A stretch of 64,000 nucleotides of DNA, taken from a bacterium (GTDB lineage Bacteria > Bacteroidota > Bacteroidia > NS11-12g > UBA955). The DNA lies in contig JAQSCZ010000100.1 in NCBI GenBank assembly GCA_029945665.1, positions 10,584 to 74,583 on the forward strand. The letters are read 5' to 3'. A model generated the notes under the pieces. It searched no databases and was not told the origin of the DNA. It saw nothing but the letters and a program-made list of their open reading frames with translations. The number at the start of each line of letters is the position of its first letter. Position 1 is the stretch's first letter. The translations under genes and the position numbers were made by a program. Positions 1-8,305 of the stretch are shown here, in pieces.

Positions 1-1
1 G

Positions 2-619
2 CCTGTATGGGATTTCCTTCCTTATAAAGTGTGCAATAACATCAATCAGTTAATGGTTCCGCCCGCTGGCTTGCGCGACCGAGATTCTGTTCAAATGGTA
101 TTTATTGTTGAAAAAGACCAAGTTAGAAAATCTTTGATGATGACTGATTACATGAAAGCCATGGGCGAAGGATGGAAGTATGTCGATAGAAAAGATTCTA
201 TCGTAATTAAAGCATGGAAGTCTCCAATTCACGATTTCGATTTCAGTATCCGCGATGACAATTCTATTAATATTAAAGATTCTATTTTAAAAAGTGATGC
301 ATGGCAAATTTTAATAATTAGTGGAGACCTCAAAGAAGCTAATGATGATGCATGGCCGGATATTCAACAATTAGCAAATGATGCCAAAGCGAAAGGATTA
401 AACGTATATGCCGTTACATCTTCTAGTTTGGAAGAAGCAGATATTTTTGTATCAGAACATCAATTGCCTTTTAAATTTAACAATGCTGACAATGTTTTAT
501 TAAAAACAATGATGCGTTCAAATCCAGGGATTATTTTTTGGCACCATGCAACTGTAATGGGTAAATGGAGTTCAAGAAATATACCTAAGATTAGTAAACT
601 TGAAAAACTAATGCAGTAG
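2..619 (+). CDS. 5'-truncated CDS running off the window start; C-terminal thioredoxin-fold-like protein of unknown function
   Basis: The frame is open from position 2 to TAG at 617-619 (listed ORF 29-619). An alternating strand/helix pattern (ILIISGD, NVYAVTSSS, GIIFWHH) suggests a redoxin-like fold, but no CXXC is present. The family was not recognised with certainty. Confidence 0.5.
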   Translation, partial: PVWDFLPYKVCNNINQLMVPPAGLRDRDSVQMVFIVEKDQVRKSLMMTDYMKAMGEGWKYVDRKDSIVIKAWKSPIHDFDFSIRDDNSINIKDSILKSDAWQILIISGDLKEANDDAWPDIQQLANDAKAKGLNVYAVTSSSLEEADIFVSEHQLPFKFNNADNVLLKTMMRSNPGIIFWHHATVMGKWSSRNIPKISKLEKLMQ

Positions 620-621
620 GC

Positions 622-1671
622 ATGTTTCGATATTTCATCCAAAAAATACTCGCAGGGTTGGCTATTTTAATGGGTGTAATAATCTTAATCTTTACCTTAT
701 TTATATTATTTCCATCGGCCGAGGAAATAACCGCTGGACAAAGAGCTGATGAAGCTACTAAATTAGCCATGCGTGCAGAAATGGGCTTAGACAAAAGTCA
801 TACTGAACAATTTTATTTATATTTAAAAGATTTATCACCAATTAGTTTTGGGGCTGCGGAGAACCAAAAAAAATACAAGGGAATATCGCTTCCAATCGGT
901 GAGAATAGTTTGCTTATAAAATGGCCTTACTTAAGAAATAGCTATCAAACCAGAAAACCAGTTGCTTTAATTTTATCGGAAGGTTTGTTAGGTTCTGGTA
1001 TCTTGGCATTATTTGCCATGGGTCTTGCATTGTTTTTAGGCATTGGTACGGGTATTATTTCAGCGCTTAATCCAGGAAGCTTATCTGATAAATTCTGTTT
1101 GACATTAGCCACCTTAGGAATTTCACTGCCATCATTTTTTGTGGCTGTAATTATTGCTTGGTTATTTGGCTATGTTTGGCATTCAACCACAGGGTTGCCT
1201 ATGTCTGGCAGTTTATATCAAATAGACCCAGAAACAGGCCAACACTTTATTGCTTTTAATCATATTTGGCTTCCTGCATTTGCTTTGGGAATTAGACCCT
1301 ATGCTATCATCATGCAATTAACCCGCAGCAATTTAATTGAAGTTATGCAGCAAGATTATATTCGCACGGCAAAAGCTAAAGGCTTAAGTCAAATTAATAT
1401 TATTTGGAACCATGCATTAAGAAATACATTAAATCCTGTTCTAACTGCAGCAAGTGGTTGGTTTGCAAGTTTATTAGCTGGCGCTTTTTTTATTGAATAT
1501 GTTTTCAATTGGAAAGGCCTAGGTAAAATTACAATTGATGCACTTCAACAAAGTGACTTACCCGTAGTAATGGGTGCTGTATTAGTCATTGCCTTTATAT
1601 TTGTATTGGTTAATATACTGGTAGATATATTATATGCCATGCTTGATCCGAGAGTAAAATTAAGTAATTAA
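622..1671 (+). CDS. ABC transporter permease, DppB/OppB type
   Basis: The ATG lies 2 nt after the upstream stop. The protein is multi-TM. The region DYIRTAKAKGLSQINIIWNHALRNTLNPVLT and the C-terminal DILYAMLDPRVKL are typical of peptide/nickel ABC permeases. Confidence 0.85.
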   Translation: MFRYFIQKILAGLAILMGVIILIFTLFILFPSAEEITAGQRADEATKLAMRAEMGLDKSHTEQFYLYLKDLSPISFGAAENQKKYKGISLPIGENSLLIKWPYLRNSYQTRKPVALILSEGLLGSGILALFAMGLALFLGIGTGIISALNPGSLSDKFCLTLATLGISLPSFFVAVIIAWLFGYVWHSTTGLPMSGSLYQIDPETGQHFIAFNHIWLPAFALGIRPYAIIMQLTRSNLIEVMQQDYIRTAKAKGLSQINIIWNHALRNTLNPVLTAASGWFASLLAGAFFIEYVFNWKGLGKITIDALQQSDLPVVMGAVLVIAFIFVLVNILVDILYAMLDPRVKLSN

Positions 1672-1672
1672 A

Positions 1673-2203
1673 ATGAAGATTTATATTGTAGGCATGCCCG
1701 GCAGTGGTAAATCTTATTTAGGTCGAAAACTTGCTCAGAGTCTAAAATTACAGTTTATGGATTTGGATGAATTAATTGAGGTACACGAGAAAAAATTAAT
1801 TAGAACAATTATTCTTGAAAATGGCGAACTCTATTTTAGAGAATTAGAACAAAAAATTCTGCATCAAACAAAACAAAAAAACAAGTTTATAATTTCATGC
1901 GGTGGGGGTACTCCCACTTTTTATGACAATATGGAATGGATGAAAAAAAATGGAATTGTACTTTGGTTACATACGCCTTTAGAAATAATTCACGAGCGGA
2001 TTTTGAAAAATATAACCCGAAGACCTTTGTTTATTGGGCTTTCAAAGGAAGAAATAAGTAACAAATTGGAAGAAATAAGCAAAAAAAGAAACCCATTTTA
2101 CAAAAAATCTAATATTACAATTGAAATTAACAAACAAAACAAACTGTCATTAAGCTCTGTAATTCAACATGTTATAAAGTATTCAAAGAAAATAAATCAA
2201 TAA
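1673..2203 (+). CDS. aroK: Shikimate kinase
   Basis: N-terminal Walker A IVGMPGSGKSYLGRKLA followed by MDLDELIE, then SCGGGTP. The size of 176 aa fits. Confidence 0.85.
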   Translation: MKIYIVGMPGSGKSYLGRKLAQSLKLQFMDLDELIEVHEKKLIRTIILENGELYFRELEQKILHQTKQKNKFIISCGGGTPTFYDNMEWMKKNGIVLWLHTPLEIIHERILKNITRRPLFIGLSKEEISNKLEEISKKRNPFYKKSNITIEINKQNKLSLSSVIQHVIKYSKKINQ

Positions 2204-2273
2204 TTGTGTATTGTTTGTTAATATTTTCGAAAAAAATATATGCGCAAATGCTTGGTTTTACTAAACAATACAA

Positions 2274-2281
2274 TACTTTTG
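2274..2281 (+). promoter_or_regulatory. Candidate -7 promoter box TACTTTTG (Bacteroidota consensus TAnnTTTG) for hup
   Basis: Exact consensus match 47 nt upstream of ATG 2329. A TTG at 2252-2254 sits 19 nt upstream as a possible -33 element. Confidence 0.45.
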
Positions 2282-2328
2282 AGTCCACGAATTAAATAAA
2301 ATAATATAAAATTAATTAAGTTTAAATT

Positions 2329-2601
2329 ATGAACAAATCAGATCTAATCAGCAAAATGGCAGGTGATGCCAGCGTAACTAAAGCTCAAGCTCAGGCTGCT
2401 TTAAATTCTTTCATTGCAGCTACTACTAGCGCATTAAAGAAAGGTGACAAATTAATCTTAGTAGGTTTCGGTACTTTTTCAGTAGCTAAAAGAGCTGCTA
2501 GAACTGGTCGTAACCCACGTACAGGTAAAGAAATTAAAATTGCAGCTAAAAAAGTTGTGAAATTCAAAGCAGGTGCAGACTTATCAGGTAAAGTAAAATA
2601 A
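2329..2601 (+). CDS. hup: HU family DNA-binding protein
   Basis: 90 aa. MNKSDLISKMA...GFGTFSVAKRAARTGRNPRTGKEIKIAAKKVVKFKAG is the canonical HU/IHF signature. Confidence 0.95.
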   Translation: MNKSDLISKMAGDASVTKAQAQAALNSFIAATTSALKKGDKLILVGFGTFSVAKRAARTGRNPRTGKEIKIAAKKVVKFKAGADLSGKVK

Positions 2602-2622
2602 GTTTATCCTTACTTTCTTAGG

Positions 2623-2659
2623 AAATCCCTTTGTTGTGAAACAAGGGGATTTTTTTTTC
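2623..2659 (+). terminator. Rho-independent terminator after hup
   Basis: A 13-bp stem (AAATCCCTTTGTT / AACAAGGGGATTT) with loop GTGA is followed by a T-run to 2659. Confidence 0.8.
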
Positions 2660-2703
2660 TACTCGCTATAAATATTTTACCTTAGCACCATACAAAAAAA
2701 ACC

Positions 2704-4614
2704 TTGCAATCGCCGGAATCTATATTAAAAAAATACTTTGGATATGACAACTTTCGTCCACTTCAAAAAGATATTATTCAAAATGTTTTGGACGGGAAAG
2801 ATACCATTGCACTATTGCCAACTGGTGGTGGCAAATCCCTGTGTTTTCAAGTACCTGCGCTTATGCTTGAAGGTGTCTGCGTGGTAGTTACTCCACTCAT
2901 TGCCTTAATGAAAGATCAAGTGGGAAATTTAAAACAACGCGATATAATGGCTGTTGCATTATACAGCGGAATGAGCAAAAGAGAAATTGAATTTGAACTT
3001 GAAAACTGTATCAATGGTAAATATAAATTTTTATATGTTTCACCTGAGCGCTTATTAAGTCAAAATTTTCTCGGCTATGCACACCATATAAACGTTAGTA
3101 TGCTTGCCATTGATGAAGCACATTGTATATCGCAATGGGGGTATGATTTTCGCCCGCCTTATTTAAAGATAGCTGAATTTAGAAACTATTACAAAGACAT
3201 CCCATGTATAGCACTAACAGCAACAGCAACTCAATTTGTTATCAAAGATATAGCAACCAAATTAGAGTTGAAAAAAGTGCAGGTTTTTACTCAAAGCTTT
3301 GTTAGAAAAAACTTAGCATATATTGTTCAAAACGAAGAAAACAAAATCGAAAAAATTGCCCATATCGCTAATAGAATAAAAGGCACTGGCTTAATTTATG
3401 TGCGTAGTCGAAAAAAAACTGTAGAGCTATCAAAGCTATTAAATCAAAGAAATATCAATACCGATTTTTATCACGCTGGATTGGAATCAAAAGAAAGAAA
3501 TAGAAAGCAAGAAGATTGGAAAAAAAATAAAATTAGATTAATGGTTTGTACCAATGCATTTGGCATGGGTATAGACAAAGCGGACGTTCGTTTTGTAATT
3601 CATGAAACAAAGCCAGAGACTCTAGAAGCTTATTATCAGGAGGCCGGCAGAGCAGGTAGAGATGGCAAAAAATCATATTGTATTTTTTTACATCACCCGT
3701 CCGATGATCTTCGAGATGAAGAAAATATTTTATCTAAATACCCCAACCCAGAGGATATAAAACGCATTTATGAATTAATTGGAAACTATTTAAAAATCGG
3801 CTTGGGTTCAGGTGCTGGAGAGAATTACAATTTTGATTTAAATGCCTTTTGCGAATTTTATAAAATCAATTCCATTGGCGCCTATAATGCCATTAAAATA
3901 CTTGAAGGGGAAGGTTATTTGCAACTCTCCGAAGCATTTAATTCTCCATCGAGAATTAAAATTTTATGCGATTATCAACATTTGTATGAATGGCAAATGA
4001 AATACCCTGTAATAGATTCTATATTCAAAGTTTTACTTCGCTCCTATGGCGGCATGTTCGATTTTTATACAACCATATTCGAAAGAGAAATAAGTTTTAG
4101 ACTCAATAAAACAGAAACATGGCTTAAGGGAGAACTTGAAAAATTGCATAAAATTGAACTCATTGATTATGTGCAACAGAGCGGCGAATCAAAAATACTT
4201 ATGCTTGAAAATCGATTTCCCAACATTCACATTTCATTGGAGAAAATTATCTTTCTAAGAGCACGTTACAAGGAAAAGCTTGATGCAGTTAATGCTTATA
4301 CAAGTAATAATAAAGTTTGTAGAAGCAACTTTCTAGTTAAATACTTTGATGAGACTAGCAATATACCATGTGGCATTTGCGACATTTGCATTGAAAAAAA
4401 TAAGCAAGATTTAACCTTTCAACAATTCAAAACATATAAGAAAAAAATTGATTATTTATTTAAATCAGGCACCTTAAGAAGCAAGGATCTTTCAATGCAT
4501 TTAAAGGCCACGGAAATTGAAGAATATACCTTAATTTTGCGTTGGTTAAAGGATAACAGATTCGCCTTGGAAACCAAAGAAGGATATTGGAAATGGGCCA
4601 CAACAAAAACATAA
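2704..4614 (+). CDS. recQ: RecQ-family ATP-dependent DNA helicase
   Basis: LKKYFGYDNFRPLQ, Walker A PTGGGKS, DEAH box AIDEAHCISQWGYDFRP and a C-terminal CGICDIC zinc motif are present. The start is TTG; no in-frame ATG lies upstream of the helicase motifs. Confidence 0.9.
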   Translation: MQSPESILKKYFGYDNFRPLQKDIIQNVLDGKDTIALLPTGGGKSLCFQVPALMLEGVCVVVTPLIALMKDQVGNLKQRDIMAVALYSGMSKREIEFELENCINGKYKFLYVSPERLLSQNFLGYAHHINVSMLAIDEAHCISQWGYDFRPPYLKIAEFRNYYKDIPCIALTATATQFVIKDIATKLELKKVQVFTQSFVRKNLAYIVQNEENKIEKIAHIANRIKGTGLIYVRSRKKTVELSKLLNQRNINTDFYHAGLESKERNRKQEDWKKNKIRLMVCTNAFGMGIDKADVRFVIHETKPETLEAYYQEAGRAGRDGKKSYCIFLHHPSDDLRDEENILSKYPNPEDIKRIYELIGNYLKIGLGSGAGENYNFDLNAFCEFYKINSIGAYNAIKILEGEGYLQLSEAFNSPSRIKILCDYQHLYEWQMKYPVIDSIFKVLLRSYGGMFDFYTTIFEREISFRLNKTETWLKGELEKLHKIELIDYVQQSGESKILMLENRFPNIHISLEKIIFLRARYKEKLDAVNAYTSNNKVCRSNFLVKYFDETSNIPCGICDICIEKNKQDLTFQQFKTYKKKIDYLFKSGTLRSKDLSMHLKATEIEEYTLILRWLKDNRFALETKEGYWKWATTKT

Positions 4615-5693
4615 TTATTGCCATTACAGGCCATATCATTACCGACCAAAGAATGATAAGGATAGCCTCAACTTTACAAGCCAATCAATTTAATGTTACC
4701 GTTTATTACCGTCCCTATTTTAAATTTAAAGTCAAGAGAAAAAAAGTGGTTGACTCCTACCCTTTTAATATCCGTAAAATGGTATTTATGGTCAATAATG
4801 GAATCTTGTTTTATGCCTTTTATAATATCCGTTTATTTTTACTGTTATTGTTCCGGAGAGCAGACCTATATTGCGCAGTAGACAGCGATACTTTAGTGGC
4901 ATTTACTTTACTTTCAAAACTAAAAAACACGCCATTAATATATGATGCCCATGAGTATTTTGCAGAGGTCCCTGAATTAAAAAACAAAACATTTAAACAA
5001 AATATTTGGCATTGGATTACACAAAAAGGGGTTAACCAAAGTATCAATCGTTATACCGTTTCGGAATCTTTAGCCAAAGCGCTAAGTGAACGTTACAAAG
5101 CGCCTTTTGAAACCATTCGCAATGTTCCCCACTACCAAGAAAAAGACATTCACATAAAGTTCGACAAACCAACCATTTTATATCAAGGGGCACTAAACCA
5201 AGGGCGTGAACTTGAATTACTTATTAATAGCATGAAACAATTGCCGGAATTTGATTGCTTGATTATCGGTGAAGGTGATTTAAGTTCAGAACTAAGAATG
5301 CTAGCAAAGCACATTTCGAACGTTCAATTTTTAGGATTGCTGTCTCCTGAAAAAATCAATACGATTACTCAAAAAGTATTTCTTGGATTTAATTTATTAG
5401 ATGCAACAAGTCTCAGTTATTACTATTCTTTAAGCAATAAATATTTTGATTACATGCAAGCAGGTATACCTTCCATTTCATCTAATTTGCCAGAGTATGA
5501 ACTACTGAATAAGACGCTCGGTTGTGGAGTATGTATTCCAAATTCAGAAATAAACTTTATAAGTTGTGTGAAAAAATATGCAAATGACAGAACGGCCTAT
5601 AATAATTTACAACAAAATGCTTTACTTGCATCCTTGAACAACAATTGGGAACTTGAAAGTCAAAAATTGGTTCAAATATATACAGCCATTTGA
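4593..5693 (+). CDS. Glycosyltransferase (GT-B, group 1/GT4-like)
   Basis: The ATG at 4593 overlaps the recQ 3' end by 22 nt. The N-terminus IIIAITGHIITDQRMIRIASTL and a C-terminal GT-B half (LIIGEGDL..., FDYMQAGIP) fit this class. Confidence 0.65.
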   Translation: MGHNKNIIIAITGHIITDQRMIRIASTLQANQFNVTVYYRPYFKFKVKRKKVVDSYPFNIRKMVFMVNNGILFYAFYNIRLFLLLLFRRADLYCAVDSDTLVAFTLLSKLKNTPLIYDAHEYFAEVPELKNKTFKQNIWHWITQKGVNQSINRYTVSESLAKALSERYKAPFETIRNVPHYQEKDIHIKFDKPTILYQGALNQGRELELLINSMKQLPEFDCLIIGEGDLSSELRMLAKHISNVQFLGLLSPEKINTITQKVFLGFNLLDATSLSYYYSLSNKYFDYMQAGIPSISSNLPEYELLNKTLGCGVCIPNSEINFISCVKKYANDRTAYNNLQQNALLASLNNNWELESQKLVQIYTAI

Positions 5694-6811
5694 TTAGGAT
5701 TATAAATATAGTTGCTTTTGACATTCCATTTCCTGCCGATTATGGCGGCGTAATAGACATTTATCACAAAATCCGATGGTTACACCAGTTAGGCATTCAA
5801 GTGCATTTACACTGTTTCCAATATGGGAGAAAAGAAGCAAATGAACTCAATAAAATTTGCAAAAAAGTATACTATTATCCGCGAAGAAAATATCTGAATC
5901 CTTTTATTGGCGAAATTCCTTACATTGTAATGACACGCAACAACGAAGCTTTATTAACTAATTTAATGAAGAACAATGCACCTATATTATTTGAAGGATT
6001 GCATACTACCTACTTCCTGAATCACCCAAAACTCAAGGATAGGATTAAATTAGTTCGCACCCATAATATTGAACATGATTATTATAAAAATCTCGAACAA
6101 GTTGAGACCAGTTATTTTAAAAAATATTTCTTTAGAAACGAATCAGATAATTTAAAAAAATACGAGAAAATATTGCAAAATGCGCAGTATGTATTGGCAA
6201 TTTCACCTTCCGACAAAACGTATCTTAAACACAAGTATCACAACGCAGTTTTATTGCCTGCTTATCACCAGAATGATTCTGTAAATATTCAAACAGGTAC
6301 TGGAGAATATATCCTATACCACGGAAACCTTGGTGTCGGTGAAAATAATTTCGCAGCATTGTACCTTGTGAATGAAATTTTTTCTCAAATCTATTTTCCC
6401 GTAATCATTGCTGGCAACAATGTCAGTAAGGAATTGCGATTTGCTTGTTCAAAATATCCTCATATTCAATTAAAAGAAGATTGGAACAATGAACAAATCA
6501 TGAAGGCCATTGCCGATGCTCAAATCAATGTCTTGCCAACTTTTCAGGGCACTGGTATTAAATTAAAACTATTGAATGCACTTTATGTTGGAAGACATTG
6601 TGTTGTAAATACCACAATGGTGAACCACACAGGTCTGGAGCTCGCATGTCATATTGCAGAAGACAGCCAAGGAATGATTGCCTTTATAAAAGAATTACTT
6701 ACAAAACCATTTACCGAAGCCGATATTAAAAATCGAATAAAAATCGTGAATGGCAGCTGCTACAACAACCAAACAAATACAGCTAATTTGGTTAAACTTA
6801 TTTTCCCTTAA
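5690..6811 (+). CDS. Glycosyltransferase (group 1, mannosyltransferase-like)
   Basis: The TTG start overlaps the upstream TGA (ATTTGA). N-terminal IVAFDIPFPADYGGVIDIYHKIRWL and YHGNLGVGENNFAA resemble Bacteroidota GT4 enzymes. Confidence 0.6.
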   Translation: MIRIINIVAFDIPFPADYGGVIDIYHKIRWLHQLGIQVHLHCFQYGRKEANELNKICKKVYYYPRRKYLNPFIGEIPYIVMTRNNEALLTNLMKNNAPILFEGLHTTYFLNHPKLKDRIKLVRTHNIEHDYYKNLEQVETSYFKKYFFRNESDNLKKYEKILQNAQYVLAISPSDKTYLKHKYHNAVLLPAYHQNDSVNIQTGTGEYILYHGNLGVGENNFAALYLVNEIFSQIYFPVIIAGNNVSKELRFACSKYPHIQLKEDWNNEQIMKAIADAQINVLPTFQGTGIKLKLLNALYVGRHCVVNTTMVNHTGLELACHIAEDSQGMIAFIKELLTKPFTEADIKNRIKIVNGSCYNNQTNTANLVKLIFP

Positions 6812-6816
6812 ATAAA

Positions 6817-8196
6817 ATGCAACAGTTAAGCCAAAAACAGATTTCAATTTTCTGCAGTTTTGTCTTTTTGTTTCTATTTGCATTCGCATTTATTTTCTCC
6901 TTTGAAAGATTAAACAGCGATGCTGGTTACTATTTTTTTTATACAGTTAACACAAGCTGGTTCCATATTGAACATGGGCGAATTGTGCTTGTCTTGGCTG
7001 AAGTACTAACTGTAATAGGTAGTTTATTGCACTTGCCATTAAAGCTCATTGCACTTTTGTATTCCTTTAATCATGTATTATTCGCGGGCCTTTTGGCGTT
7101 CATTTGCTTTAGAAAATTTAAAGATAAAAATGCAACATTGCTTATTGCGATTTTGCAGTTTACGGGCCTAAAACTATCTGTATTCACTCCTCAATTTGAA
7201 TTATACTACGGCTTAGGTATTTTAGTATTTACTTTGTCATTTATCAAGTTTACAAATCTTACTAAAACGGCCAATTCAGTAATTTATCATTTTGCAATTG
7301 GACTTTTATTAGTCTTGATTTTTACATCTCACCCAATGGCCATTTACTGCACATTTGTAGGATTGTTGCTCTTTTTTTTCAAAAAGGAAAATCGCTCCAT
7401 TTGGATCTTATCATTCGGTATTCTTGTGTTTTATTTTATTTGGAAACAATGGACAGTTTCAGACTATGAAAAAAACAAATTCAACGGATTCAGTGATGCG
7501 CTTAAACATAACGTCTCAGGATTTTTTGATTTAAAATTTATTGTTAAATGTCTGCAATTCTTGGCAACTTATTATTGGGATTGTTTGATCCTTTTTGTTT
7601 CAGGTATTTATCTTTTTATAAAAAAAACAACATACAAAAAAGCAGTGATTTACATATTGGCAATAAAGGGTTCTTTAATAATTATTTGGTTAATGTTTCC
7701 GCCAGAGAATATGACTCGATACATAGAACAAGTCTATTTTCCATTTGTCTTTTTAAGTTGTATTTGGCTATTTGAATTTAAAATAAATCGCATCCTATCC
7801 GTTGGCATTCTCTGTCTTTTTATTTTTAGAATATCAGGCATGATTCAATGCGGTATGGACAATAAACATAGAACCGAACAAATGGAATATTTTATTGAAT
7901 TGGCAGAAACACAAAACGGCTCGAAATTTTATGTAAATGAAGTTAAAATGGGCAAAGTCATGTATGAAAAGGCAAATTGGTCTTATGGTTTCGAAACCCT
8001 TTTATATTCGGCAATTTATAATAACAAGGCATTGACAATTACAAAGGATGACGACATGGAATACAACAACAATTACATTAAATTAGGTCCCGATGATTTC
8101 CTGTTCCGGCCTTTTGAAATCATTCCGACAAGCGCGCTCAATCAACAATATTTCAAATTAGAAAATGGGCTATACAAGCCTTTAATTGTGCCATAA
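6817..8196 (+). CDS. Polytopic membrane protein, unknown function (last gene of the recQ-GT-GT cluster)
   Basis: 459 aa with about 10 or more hydrophobic segments and a soluble C-terminal third. No family was recognised. Its position suggests a glycan polymerase or large membrane glycosyltransferase role (inference only). Confidence 0.6.
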   Translation: MQQLSQKQISIFCSFVFLFLFAFAFIFSFERLNSDAGYYFFYTVNTSWFHIEHGRIVLVLAEVLTVIGSLLHLPLKLIALLYSFNHVLFAGLLAFICFRKFKDKNATLLIAILQFTGLKLSVFTPQFELYYGLGILVFTLSFIKFTNLTKTANSVIYHFAIGLLLVLIFTSHPMAIYCTFVGLLLFFFKKENRSIWILSFGILVFYFIWKQWTVSDYEKNKFNGFSDALKHNVSGFFDLKFIVKCLQFLATYYWDCLILFVSGIYLFIKKTTYKKAVIYILAIKGSLIIIWLMFPPENMTRYIEQVYFPFVFLSCIWLFEFKINRILSVGILCLFIFRISGMIQCGMDNKHRTEQMEYFIELAETQNGSKFYVNEVKMGKVMYEKANWSYGFETLLYSAIYNNKALTITKDDDMEYNNNYIKLGPDDFLFRPFEIIPTSALNQQYFKLENGLYKPLIVP

Positions 8197-8305
8197 TTGA
8201 CATTAAATTTAAAAAAAAACAAATTAAGAATCTTGCAACGCTATTCTTCATTTTATCGCCCTAGTATTGGCCTTAAATTAACCACAGGGTGAAAATTTAA
8301 GTAAT

